Source of the DNA: Macrostomum lignano
Lineage: Eukaryota
Direction: 5' to 3'
Assembly: GCA_002269645.1 (NCBI GenBank)
Contig: NIVC01000094.1
Span: 1,143,304 to 1,207,303, forward strand
DNA length: 64,000 bases
Position numbers and translations under genes: made by a program. Below, piece after piece: positions 12,506-26,000 of this stretch; the first letter of the stretch is position 1, and each line of letters opens with the position of its first letter. The notes beneath the pieces are model-generated. The model saw only the letters and a program-made list of their open reading frames with translations, did no database searches and was not told the DNA's origin.

Positions 12506-12929
12506 TGTGATCCTAACGTCATCAGCGATCCCATTAGTGACTCCAAGACGTACCCTTCACTAAGTCGGAGCATAATTTAGCGTCAAATTTTCAGAATAAA
12601 AAATACAGCAAAAATGAGGGAATTCACAGCGGCCTCCAGTAGACTCCAGGGAACCCATTCTCTCCTCCCCATCTCTCCTTATCGCCCTTGTCGGGACAAG
12701 CAAATCGCATTAGGCCGGTGCCCGCTGGAATTCATGTGAGATCCGGGCCCTCCATCTTTTATTCTGCGGCCTGATGCAAAGTGGATGATTGGGATGAAAA
12801 ATAATTTGCCCAATTTTATGATTCAATTTATGCCTAAATGAAATTCTGCAGCAGCCCTGCCAACTAGTAGCGCCATACAGTGCACGTGACTGTACTGTTA
12901 TAGTGAGCCGTCTGCTAGAGTGACCATCC

Positions 12930-13182
12930 TTCATCAGTGATGTTGGCTAGATTAGCGATCCATTCTATTCCTTCATCCATGTAGGCTAGATTAGCAATCC
13001 ATTCTGTTCCTTCATCAGTGATGTTGGCTAGATTAGCAATCCATTCTGTTCCTTCATCAGTGATGTTGGCTAGATTAGCAATCCATTTTAATCCTTCATC
13101 AGTGATGTTGGCTAGATTAGCAATCCATTCTATTCCTTCATCCATGATGTTAGCTAGATTAGCAATCCATTCTATTCCTTCA
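12930..13182 (-). repeat. 42-bp minisatellite family, array B (inverted relative to A)
   Basis: Reverse complement of the unit in array A. Confidence 0.92.
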
Positions 13183-13707
13183 ACTCTGACACTGTTCTGT
13201 CCAGAGCTCTGCAAGCCAGTAAAAGACTCAGTCCCGAAACTCCGAGTAGTAAGAGCTCCACAGCAGCTCAAAATTTATCACGAGCTCTCAGCAAAAACAG
13301 CTTCATTATTCTAATCACGTTCCGCCTTCTAGTCTCGTGCCACCCCCCTCAGCTGGTCGATCTCAGTATGTCGTGAAAGCTGTCTGATTGCCAACAGCTT
13401 GCCCGGACCCTGGAGCAGCCGCCACCGCCTTCTTTCCCACTCCCAATGCGCCCCAAGATACTGAGAGTCTCATTCCCATCGTGCTAAGTTAGTGAAAACT
13501 TCATAATCCAGTTTCAGGTGACGATTCCGTTGATACAAGAGCCACCGCTGCACTGCCTGCTAGGCTGAAGCAGGTGTCAATCAAAGTTTTGCTAAATTTC
13601 TAAGCGCGTGTTGAAGTGGACTGAGAACTCGCCTTTTCTGCTCAAATGGGAAGAAATCCCCTAAACCCATTGGGCAAAGCACTGCATCACATTTTACTAT
13701 TCTTGCA

Positions 13708-15035
13708 ATTCATCCATGATGTTGACTAGATTAGCAATCCATTCTATTCCTTCATCCATGTAGGCTAGATTAGCAATCCATCTATTCCTTCATCCATGTT
13801 GGCTAGATTAGCAATCCATTCTATTCCTTCATCCATGTGGGTTAGATTAGCAATCCATTCTATTCCTTCATCCATGTAGGCTAGATTAGCAATCCATTCT
13901 ATTCTTCATCCATGTGGCTAGATTAGCAATCCATTCTGTTCCTTCATTAGGCTAGATTAGCAATCCATTCTATTCCTTCATCCATGTTGGCTAGATTAGC
14001 AATCCATTCTATTCTTCATCCATGTTGGCTAGATTAGCAATCCATTCTATTCCTTCATCCATGTTGGCTAGATTAGCAATCCATTCTATTCTTTCATCCA
14101 TGTAGATTAGCAATCCATTCTAATCCTTCATCCATGTAGGCTAGATTAGCAATCCATTCTATTCTTTCATCCATGTAGATTAGCAATCCATTCTATTCCT
14201 TCATCCATGTGGCTAGATTAGCAATCCATTCTATTCTTTCATCCATGTGGGTTAGATTAGCAATCCATTCTATTCCTTCATCCATGTGGGTTAGATTAGC
14301 AATCCATTCTGTTCCTTCATCCATGTTGGCTAGATTAGCAATCCATTCTATTCTTTCATCCATGTTGGCTAGATTAGCAATCCATTCTAATCCTTCATCC
14401 ATGTTGGCTAGATTAGCAATCCATTCTATTCCTTCATCCATGTGGGTTAGATTAGCAATCCATTCTATTCCTTCATCCATGTGGGTTAGATTAGCAATCC
14501 ATTCTATTCCTTCATCCATGTGGGTTAGCAATCCATTCTAATCCTTCATCCATGTAGGCTAGATTAGCAATCCATTCTATCTTCATCATGTAGATTAGCA
14601 ATCCATTCTATCCTTCATCCATGTGGCTAGATTAGCAATCCATTCTATTCTTCATCATGTCATGTAGATTAGCAATCCATTCTATTCCATTCATCCATGT
14701 GGCTAGATTAGCAATTATTCTATTCTGCAATCCATGTGGGTTAGATTAGCAATCCATTCTATTCCTTCATTCCATGTGGGTTAGATTAGCAATCCATTCT
14801 ATTCCTTCATTCGTGTAGGCTAGATTAGCAATCCATTCTATTCCTTTATCATGTTGGCTAGATTAGCAATCCATTCTATTCCTTTATCATGTGGGTTAGA
14901 TTAGCAATCCATTCTATTCCTTCATTCGTGTAGGCTAGATTAGCAATCCATTCTATTCCTTCCATTCTATTCCTTCATTCGCTCAGGCAAGGTTAGTAAT
15001 CGATTACAGATGATCGCTAGATTAGCAATCCACTG
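13708..15035 (-). repeat. About 39-42-bp minisatellite family, array C (inverted relative to A)
   Basis: Reverse complement of the unit in array A; many small indels. Confidence 0.92.
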
Positions 15036-15627
15036 AAGGTAGATGAATGTACTTTTTTGTCCTTTCCGTCAGTGAAGTTCATCAACAGCCGAGGCCGCTA
15101 AATAAGTAAAACACGAAGGACACTGCGATGAAAGAGTTGCTTTGTTAAAATCGTATAGTCTTTTTCTAAGAAATTTACTTTTTTACGTAAAGGAGAAAAA
15201 AGTTAAAAAGCCATTTTAGAAATGGACTCGCAAAATACAGGGATTTACAAATCCCCACTGCTCGGCCATTTTCAATCCCCCAGCGAATCCCACTTGAAAA
15301 TCCGAGTTAAGAGCCTCGCTGAGGGGTTTGGCGAGCAAATGTGAATTGCTGGATTGATTAAAGGGGGACCCAGATAAGGGTGATGGAGCTTCCTCTCTAT
15401 TTCTACCCTTCTTCCCATTTCCAGCTCAGTATGAGCAGTTTCTCGTTATGGAATCAAGTACAAATATAAATTTTTTTGAAAAAATCTCTGTCTCGAGTGG
15501 CTCATAAAACAAGCATATATGGATTTCGCTGATCCCCCTTTACAACTGCATTATACTAATGAATATATCAGATAGATGTACGAATTACTATAAATCTAAT
15601 ATACTTATGTTGTGAGTCAATTGCTTT

Positions 15628-16592
15628 TCTAGCTTGGCGCCATTTGATAGGCATCTAGCTTGGCGCCATTTGATAGGCATCTACAATAGCTTGGCGCCAT
15701 TTGATAGGCATCTACAATAGCTTGGCGCCATTTGATAGGCATCTAGCTTGGCGCCATTTGATAGGCATCTAGCTTGGCGCCATTTGATTGGCATCTAGCT
15801 TGGCGCCATTTGATTGGCATCAAGCTTGGCGCCATTTGATAGGCATCTACAATAGCTTGGCGCCATTTGATAGGCATCTAGCTTGGCGCCATTTGATTGG
15901 CATCTAGCTTGGCGCCATTTGATTGGCATCAAGCTTGGCGCCATTTGATAGGCATCTAGCTTGGCGCCATTTGATAGGCATCTACAATAGCTTGGCGCCA
16001 TTTGATAGGCATCTAGCTTGGCGCCATTTGATAGGCATCTACAATAGCTTGGCGCCATTTGATAGGCATCTAGCTTGGCGCCATTTGATAGACATCTAGC
16101 TTGGCGCCATTTGATAGACATCTAGCTTGGCGCCATTTGATAGGCATCTAGCTTGGCGCCATTTGATAGGCATCTAGCTTGGCGCCATTTGATAGGCATC
16201 TACAATAGCTTGGCGCCATTTGATAGGCATCTACAATAGCTTGGCGCCATTTGATAGGCATCTAGCTTGGCGCCATTTGATTGGCATCTAGCTTGGCGCC
16301 ATTTGATAGGCATCTAGCTTGGCGCCATTTGATAGGCATCTAGCTTGGCGCCATTTGATAGGCATCTACAATAGCTTGGCGCCATTTGATAGGCATCTAG
16401 CTTGGCGCCATTTGATAGGCATCTAGCTTGGCGCCATTTGATTGGCATCTAGCTTGGCGCCATTTGATAGGCATCTAGCTTGGCGCCATTTGATAGGCAT
16501 CTAGCTTGGCGCCATTTGATAGGCATCTAGCTTGGCGCCATTTGATAGGCATCTAGCTTGGCGCTATTTGATAGGCATCTAGCTTGGTGCCA
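15628..16592. repeat. 26-bp minisatellite (CTAGCTTGGCGCCATTTGATAGGCAT) with a recurrent 33-bp variant
   Basis: Direct inspection. Confidence 0.94.
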
Positions 16593-16688
16593 AAAGCAAA
16601 AATAAGCAACTCTGTTGCTAGGGGGCAAGTCTAATTTCGCATTGCTGTCGCATGGTGTTTAGAACAGCTCAGAAGCTCAGCAGGGGAC

Positions 16689-17081
16689 TCAGTGAGGACT
16701 CATATGGAACTCGTTGCCGCTGAGCAGGATCCGCCAGTACACGATGTTCACCGCCAAAAACGAAGCGGGGAAAATGTAGCGCGATACCCGATCGATTCTG
16801 GACTCCGAATTCGGGCCAGTTGGTCGCAGCCTCTCCTTCATCAGCATGTACTTTCGATTGCCTTTAAGACAATTCAGAAACATGATGAGGCAGGAGTCCT
16901 TGGCGCCAGGCTCGGGGTCCACCGCTCGGGCCTGCCCGATGGCGGGGTCCGGCTGCAGCAGGCGGCCGTTCACCGCGCGCCGGAACTGCAACTGCGGCTG
17001 CTGTGACTCCACCGACTGCTGAGGCACCGCCTGGATCAGCGGGTTCTGGTCCTGGTCCGATGTGTCACCGCCAGCACCAGC
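16689..17081 (-). CDS. Cys-loop channel last exon (TM4)
   Basis: ...[29 protein letters not shown]...stop; acceptor CTAAG at 17082 is the best in-phase guess. Confidence 0.88.
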   Translation of the reverse strand, partial: AGAGGDTSDQDQNPLIQAVPQQSVESQQPQLQFRRAVNGRLLQPDPAIGQARAVDPEPGAKDSCLIMFLNCLKGNRKYMLMKERLRPTGPNSESRIDRVSRYIFPASFLAVNIVYWRILLSGNEFHMSPH

Positions 17082-20000
17082 CTTAGAGCAGGGGTTTAGT
17101 TGAATATTTCTCTGTTGCACCCAATTTATAGATCCCATCCTATTGATCCTGATCCCATCCTATTGATCCTGATCCCATCCTATCGATCCTGATCCCATCC
17201 TATCGATCCTGATCCCATCCTATTGATCCTGATCCGATCCTATCGATCATGATCCCATCCTATTGATCCTGATCCCATCCTATAGATCCTGATCCCATCC
17301 TATTGATCCTGATCCCATCCTATAGATCCTGATCCCATCCTATCGATCCTGATCCCATTCTATCGATCCTGATCCCATCCTATTGATCCTGATCCCCTTC
17401 TATAGATCGTGATCCCATTCTATCGATCCTGATCCCATCCTATTGATCCTGATCCCCTTCTATAGATCCTGATCCCATTCTATCGATCCTGATTCCATCC
17501 TATATACCCTGATTCCATCCCATCGATCCTGATCCCATTCTATCGATCCTGATCCCCTTCTATAGATCCTGATCCCATTCTATCGATCCTGATTCCATCC
17601 TATTGATCCTGATCCCATCCTATTGATCCTGATCCCCTTCTATAGATCATGATCCCATTCTATCGATCCTGATTCCATCCTATTGATCCTGATTCCCTTC
17701 TATTGATCCTGATCCCATTCTATCGATCCTGATTTCATCCTATAGATCCTGATCCCATCCTATAGATCCTTATCCCATTCTATCGATCCTGATCCCCTTC
17801 TATAGATCCTGATCCCATTCTATCGGTTCTGATTCCATCCTATTGATCCTGATTCCATCCCATTGATCCTGATCCAATCCTATTGATCCTGATCCCCTTC
17901 TATTGATCCTGATCCCATTCTATCGATCCTGATTTCATCCTATAGATCCTGATCCCATCCTATAGATCCTTATCCCATTCTATCGATCCTGATCCCCTTC
18001 TATAGATCCTGATCCCATCCTATCGATCCTGATCCCATCCTATTGATCCTGATCCCATCCTATAGATCCTGATCCCATCCTATCGATCCTGATCCCATTC
18101 TATCGATCCTGATTCCATCCTATTGATCCTGATTCCCTTCTATTGATCCTGATCCTATTCTATCGATCCTGATTTCATCCTATAGATCCTGATTCCATCC
18201 TATAGATCCTGATCCAATCCTATTGATCCTGATCCCATTCTATCGATCCTGATCCCCTTCTATAGATCCTGATCCCATTCTATCGATTCTGATTCCATCC
18301 TATTGATCCTGATTCCATCCTATTGATCCTGATCCCATCCTATTGATCCTGATCCCCTTCTATAGATCCTGATCCCATTCTATCGATCCTGATTTCATCC
18401 TATATACCCTGATTCCATCCCATCGATCCTGATCCCATTCTATCGATCCTGATCCCCTTCTATAGATCCTGATCCCATTCTATCGATCCTGATTCCATCC
18501 TATTGATCCTGATCCCATCCTATTGATCCTGATCCCCTTCTATAGATCATGATCCCATTCTATCGATCCTGATTCCATCCTATTGATCCTGATTCCATCC
18601 TATTGATCCTGATCCCCTTCTATAGATCATGATCCCATTCTATCGATCCTGATCTCATTCTATCGATCCTGATTCCATCCTATAGATCCTGATCCCATCC
18701 TATAGATCCTGATCCCATTCTATCGATCCTGATTCCATCCTATAGATCCTGATCCAATCCTATTGATCCTGATCCCATTTTATCGATCCTGATCCCCTTC
18801 TATAGATCCTGATCCCATTCTATCGATCCTGATTCCATCCTATTGATCCTGATTCCATCCCATTGATCCTGATCCAATCCTATTGATCCTGATCCCCTTC
18901 TATTGATCCTGATCCCATTCTATCGATCCTGATTTCATCCTATAGATCCTGATCCCATCCTATAGATCCTTATCCCATTCTATCGATCCTGATCCCCTTC
19001 TATAGATCCTGATCCCATTCTATCGATCCTGATTCCATCCTATTGATCCTGATCCCATTCTATCGATTCTGATCCCCTTCTATAGATCCTGATCCCATTC
19101 TATCGATCCTGATTCCATCCTATTGATCCTGATTCCATCCTATTGATCCTGATCCCATTCTATCGATTCTGATCCCCTCCTATTGATCCTGATCCGGTCC
19201 AGTCATCCAGTTTCTACTCATCTTATTTGATCGCATTTCATTGACTAATTCTCTGTGTGATAGAGAAAGTCAATCTTGAACAGTAAAACGCCCTAATCAG
19301 GCTACTACCCGAAGCCAGTAGTGCGATATGAAAAATCTGAGGAAAAAAACACCCACCGGAGGAGGCGGCAAAGCCCGTTTCGGAATCTCCAGGTTGCCGG
19401 TCTTGGTGAAGTAGTTCACGCCCGCGTACTCCAGCAGAGCCGAGAACACAAAGAAGAAGCAGATCAACAGGAAGACGTCCAGAGCGGTGGCGTAGGGCAC
19501 CTTGGGGATGCCGATGCGACCCGTGAGGGTGATGGTGACGCTCGTTAGCAGTGTGGTTATGCCTGGGACGGGCCGCGGCGCAATATTGATTTTTCAGGCT
19601 TAACACACTTGGAAAAATTCAATTTGAAAGAGGGAAAAGAGAACGATAGAGTAGGAGACAGTAGAGAAGGGAAACTTTGAGATGGTAGTGAATGGAGACT
19701 GAGAGACGGTAGAGAAGGGAGAGTATGAGACGGTAGATAAGGGAGAGTATGAGACGGTAGATAAGGGAGAGTATAAGACGGTAGAGAAGGGAGAGTATGA
19801 GATGGTAGTGAAGGGAGAATGAGAGATGGTAGAGAAGGGAGAATATGAGACGGTAGATAAGGGAGAGTATGAGACGGTAGATAAGGGAGAGTATGAGACG
19901 GTAGATAAGGGAGAGTATAAGACGGTAGAGAAGGGAGAGTATGAGATGGTAGTGAAGGGAGAATGAGAGATGGTAGAGAAGGGAGAATATGAGACGGTAG

Positions 20001-23000
20001 ATAAGGGAGAGTATGAGACGGTAGATAAGGGAGAGTATAAGACGGTAGATAAGGGAGAGTATGAGACGGTAGATAAGGGAGAGTATGAGAGGGTAGATAA
20101 GGGAGAGTATGAGACGGTAGATGAGGGAGAGTATAAAACGGTAGATAAGGGAGAGTATGAGAGGGTAGATAAGGGAGAGTATGAGACGGTAGATGAGCGA
20201 GAGTATGAGACGGTAGATAAGGGAGAGTATAAAACGGTAGATAAGGGAGAGTATGACAGGGTAGATAAGGGAGAGTATGAGAGGGTAGATAAGGGAGAGT
20301 ATGAGACGGTAGATAAGGGAGAGTATAAAACGGTAGATAAGGGAGAGTATGAGAGGGTAGATAAGGGAGAGTATGAGACGGTAGATAAGGGAGAGTATAA
20401 AACGGTAGATAAGGGAGAGTATGAGAGGGTAGATAAGGGAGAGTATGAGACGGTAGATAAGGGAGAGTATGAGAGGGTAGATAAGGGAGAGTATGAGAGG
20501 GTAGATAAGGGAGAGTATGATACGGTAGATGAGCGAGAGTATGAGACGGTAGATAAGGGAGAGTATAAAACGGTAGATAAGGGAGAGTATGACAGGGTAG
20601 ATAAGGGAGAGTATGAGAGGGTAGATAAGGGAGAGTATGAGACGGTAGATAAGGGAGAGTATGAGAGGGTAGATAAGGGAGAGTATGAGAGGGTAGATAA
20701 GGGAGAGTATGAGACGGTAGAGAAGGGAGAGTATGAGATGGTAGTGAAGGGAGAATGAGAGATGGTAGAGAAGGGAGAGTATGAGATGGTAGTGAAGGGA
20801 GAATGAGAGATGGTAGAGAAGGGAGAATATGAGACGGTAGATAAGGGAGAGTATGAGACGGTAGATAAGGGAGAGTATAAGACGGTAGATAAGGGAGAGT
20901 ATGAGACGGTAGATAAGGGAGAGTATGAGAGGGTAGATAAGGGAGAGTATAAAACGGTAGATAAGGGAGAGTATGAGAGGGTAGATAAGGGAGAGTATGA
21001 GACGGTAGATGAGGGAGAGTATAAAACGGTAGATAAGGGAGAGTATGAGAGGGTAGATAAGGGAGAGTATGAGACGGTAGATAAGGGAGAGTATGAGACG
21101 GTAGATAAGGGAGAGTATAAGACGGTAGATAAGGGAGAGTATGAGACGGTAGATAAGGGAGAGTATGAGAGGGTAGATAAGGGAGAGTATGAGATGGTAG
21201 ATAAGGGAGAGTATGATACGGTAGATGAGCGAGAGTATGAGACGGTAGATAAGGGAGAGTATAAAACGGTAGATAAGGGAGAGTATGACTGGGTAGATAA
21301 GGGAGAGTATGAGAGGGTAGATAAGGGAGAGTATGAGACGGTAGATAAGGGAGAGTATGAGAGGGTAGATAAGGGAGAGTATGAGACGGTAGATAAGGGA
21401 GAGTATGAGAGGGTAGATAAGGGAGAGTATGAGAGGGTAGATAAGGGAGAGTATGAGAGGGTAGATAAGGGAGAGTATGAGACGGTAGATAAGGGAGAGT
21501 ATGAGAGGGTAGATAAGGGAGAGTATGAGAGGGTAGATAAGGGAGAGTATGATACGGTAGATGAGCGAGAGTATGAGACGGTAGATAAGGGAGAGTATAA
21601 AACGGTAGATAAGGGAGAGTATGAGAGGGTAGATAAGGGATAGTATGAGAGGGTAGATAAGGGAGAGTATGATACGGTAGATGAGCGAGAGTATGAGACG
21701 GTAGATAAGGGAGAGTATAAAACGGTAGATAAGGGAGAGAATGAAATGGTAGATAAGGGAGAGTATAAAACGGTAGATAAGGGAGAGAATGAAATGGTAG
21801 AGAAGGGGGAGTATGAAATGGTAGAGAAGGGAGAGTATGAAATGGTAGAGAAGGGGTAGTATGAGACAGTAGAGAAGGAAGGGTGGGCGATAGTTGAGAG
21901 AAGAAAGAAGACAGTGAATGGAAGAGGATATTGTAGTACTGGACAGAGAGGTGAGATCCTTCAGGAGAAGACTAGAAACCAATAGACGGATTTTGAGCAC
22001 AGAAGAGACCAGACAGTTAATAAGTTGAGAAGTTCTCACCGAGAGTAACCCTGCCTGGCGTGGCCTCTCTATTAATCCAAAAGGTGACCCAGGACATGCT
22101 GACAGTCATGTAGGAGGGCAGGTAGATCTGCAGCAGGTAATAACCGATCATCCGCTCCAGAGGAATTGTCAGGCTGAGCACGTCCCGAGTTTCTGTAAAG
22201 TTTTGTGTACATGATGTTGCAGCTAACTCGTATCTAGGTGTAGTGCAACGACTTCTAGACTTTTTAATTTTTTTAATGTAATGAATCCGATATGTAATGC
22301 ATCCGATATGTAATGCATCCGATATGTAATGCATCCGATATGTAATGCATCCGATATGTAATGTATGCGAAATGTAATGCATCCGATATGTAATGCATCC
22401 GATATGTAATGTATGCGATATGTAATGCATCCGATATGTAATGCATGCGATATGTAATGCATCCGATATGTAATGCATCCGATATGTAATGCATGCGATA
22501 TGTAATGCATGCGATATGTAATGCATCCGATATGTAATGCATCCGATATGTAATGCATCCGATATGTAATGCATCCGATATGTAATGCATCCGATATGTA
22601 ATGCATCCGATATGTAATGTATGCGATATGTAATAATACATGCGATATGTAATGTATGCGACATGTAATGCATCCGACATGTAATGCATGCGATATGTAA
22701 TGCATGCGATATGTAATGCATGCGATATGTAATGCATCCGATATGTAATGCATGCGATATGTAATGCATCCGATATGTAATGCATCCGATATGTAATGCA
22801 TGCGATATGTAATGCATCCGATATGTAATGCATCCGATATGTAACGCATGCGATATGTAATGCATGCGATATGTAATGCATCCGATATGTAATGCATCCG
22901 ATATGTAATGCATCCGATATGTAATGCATCCGATATGTAATGCATCCGATATGTAATGCATCCGATATGTAATGTATGCGATATGTAATAATACATGCGA

Positions 23001-26000
23001 TATGTAATGTATGCGACATGTAATGCATCCGACATGTAATGCATGCGATATGTAATGCATGCGATATGTAATGCATCCGATATGTAATGCATGCGATATG
23101 TAATGCATCCGATATGTAATGCATGCGATATGTAATGCATCCGATATGTATTGCATCCGATATGTAATGCATCCGATATGTAATGCATCCGACATGTAAT
23201 GCAACCGATATGTAATGCAAATCCGGTATGTAATGCAAATCCGGTATGTAATGCAAATCCGGTATCTACCGCTTCCAAGCTTGGACAGTTCGTGCGAGAA
23301 AGCCACCCCCTCAGGCCGGAACAAGAACTGAGCCATGGCGGTGACCTCAACGCCAAGATTCTTGCTAGTAGAGTTGATCACATTGGCCGGGATCTGGTGC
23401 AGCGCCGACTTGGACTTGGCCTCTTCCCACCACACGTAGACCAGGTTTTTAGAGTCGTACGCGTCTGGAATCGTTTTTTATAATGCCTTTTTTCACGGTT
23501 CTCGGTATACTCGTAGTACTGTAAGTAGTGTAATTAGAACTCTGTGAAAATACACTCTGTGTTCGGAATTTCTACGGAGTTGGTTCGGTAGGGAACCTTT
23601 TGTAAAGGTTTCCTGTGATTCTCTTGTCTAAGGGGTATTGTGACTGTAATTCCTGTCTGTAGCAGTCCTGTCTGTGACTCTAACAACTCTGTAACTGTAA
23701 CAATCCCTTGTTTGTGACTCTAACAGCTCTGTCTGTGGTACTGTAACAGTAATTGTGGTTGTAACCCCCTGTCTGCAACTGTGATCGTGACTTTAAATAA
23801 TCAGATTTTTCTGATAAAAACTTATGACCTGATCTTGCTACTGAATATAGTAGATAGTTTGCAAAATGCGTCAATAGACAAATGGGAAGCGACGCATTGA
23901 CTCACAACTGCCAATGAGCAGCGGGCAGGCCTGCTTGTCGACTGGGAATTTTCTGAAGTCCATGAAGCAGACGGCCTTGATCGTCAGTCTGCAAAGGTTT
24001 GCGTTCCGTGAGGGAGGCAGCGGCTGAGAGGTGGTGTTTGGTTTATTAGACACCATCAATCATTTTCAATCGTTCCTTTTTTACCCCAAACTTAGCTGTT
24101 CGGTTCATTATACGAAGGTGTGGCGTTAAAAATCACACTGCATGACAATCAAGGCCAAAAGCTGCTATAAATTTATTGTCAAGAGTTACCCCCCCCCTTC
24201 CAGGTCAGATCGGAAGTTAATAGCATTGCAGAGATCGCAGGGTGAGGCACAGCAAACTGCAAACTGTTTGGTTGAGTTTTCGTGGGTTCAGTAATCAATC
24301 TACTTGGGATATTGAGGCTTCAAGTGAGTTGCAGTGTGTGCTCATGATCTTTCCATTCCTTTGTTGAAACACTGAATTTAAGAGTTTTTTAAATAATTGT
24401 AACAGTCGGATTTTTTAGGATCAGAGTTCTCGTTTTGATTTCATTTTTGTTTTAAAACTGCAACCCTTGTATCTGACTCCGTGTAAATATCAAGTGTGCT
24501 AAAGCCAAAAAAAATTGCTTAAGTCGAATTTGGTAAGGATTCCTGTAGTTCTCCATTCTCTGGATCAGGGGTTAGGAAACTCCGGCCTGTGGGCTACATG
24601 CGGCCCGTCAAGCCTCTCTATCCGGCCCTCGGATCCTTTGAATCTTCACAATAGCAATCTGACCCGCCCAAGGTTTGTGTCTCTTCTCTCCCCTCTCCTC
24701 TCTGCTCTCTCCCCTCTTCTCTCCCCTTTCTCCTCTCTACCCACTCTCCTCTCTCCTCTTTCCCTTCTTCTCCTCCCTCTCTCCCTTCTCTCATCTCTTC
24801 CCTCTTCTCCTCTTGTCTTCTTTCTTATCTCTTCTCTCTCTCTCATGTCTCATCTATTCCCTCTCATTTCTTTAACTCGCTCATCTGGCCCTTGAGGAAA
24901 AATGTTTTGCCAAATCCCTGCTCTATATTGTGTAGAGAATATTGATGTACATTGTGAAGTCTCAATTCCCCGCTTCCTTTCTTTCCTTTCCCCCGGCATA
25001 AATGTACATACATCCCTTCTGCCCTTAACCTTTCTTGAATCTTGGTAATGTACATCACTGAATGTACATAGTAGTAAAGTCATTCATTTCAACCCTCTCC
25101 ACCCGATGCCAATAAATAGCAATTAGCAAGCCTACCGCATAGAGAAGAACACGGTGCCATCCGCCTGAATCCTTAGCAGCTTGTTTGGCGTGGTAATCAC
25201 GTGCAGCTTGGAGCCCTTGCCATTGAAAAAGTACGTGTCCGGCCGCCAGATCTTGTCTAGCGTACTAATGCTAACTTTGATTTCGTCCTGGTTGACAAAA
25301 TCCGCGTCGAACCGGAGCCGATTATCCACCCAGGACTGGCGGAAGTAGATTTCCATGGCGTACATCTGGAAGTTGCCGTGGATTTATGTATTGATGCGAA
25401 TCTACCTGCTTAATATGGCTTAGTCGGTGGTTTATACGGGTAAAGACGATCTTATTTAATCGATAATCAAGCTAAAATTTTTATGGCAGTGGATTAGCTT
25501 AGCTGTCAGTCAATACAGCATAATAAATTACAGTTGCCCGTATCATAAAATGGTTAATACTCAGCGAAAACTAACCACCCCCCATCAATGTAAACCATGT
25601 TGCAATGGCATTCGCACATTGAACTGGCCGTCAAAGTCTCCAGACATGAACTCCATCGAGCATGTCTGGGACAGGCGGTTCTGAATGGCTGGCAGCAGCT
25701 GCCCTAAGAGTTCATCAGCCGGCTGGTGATCAGGATGCCACGCCGACTCGCCGAGTGACCGCACTTTTGTATGCTCGCGGTTCCTACACACGATACTAAA
25801 ACTAGCCATTAAAGACATTCATTTTTGTGCCGCGTGACAGCGTGAGTTGGGGGGGGGGGGTTAGCTGTTGCTGAGTATAGTATGACTATGATAATTTTAA
25901 AGTACTTGTATTAATTAATTGACATTGTCGCGACTTTCTTAGTCATTTTTCATTTCATCTGCCTTTGGTCTGTATACTCTGTTTCTCTCATTCATTCTAG

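Noticed and set aside
19619-22039. 806-aa Leu/Ile-rich ORF that looks like a membrane protein
   Set aside because: Translation of the 24-bp intronic minisatellite; it lies between two in-phase channel exons
22017-23435. 472-aa ORF linking two channel exons through a His/Cys-rich repeat
   Set aside because: Canonical donor at 23269 and acceptor at 22193 remove the 16-bp array; read-through would put about 360 repeat residues into loop C
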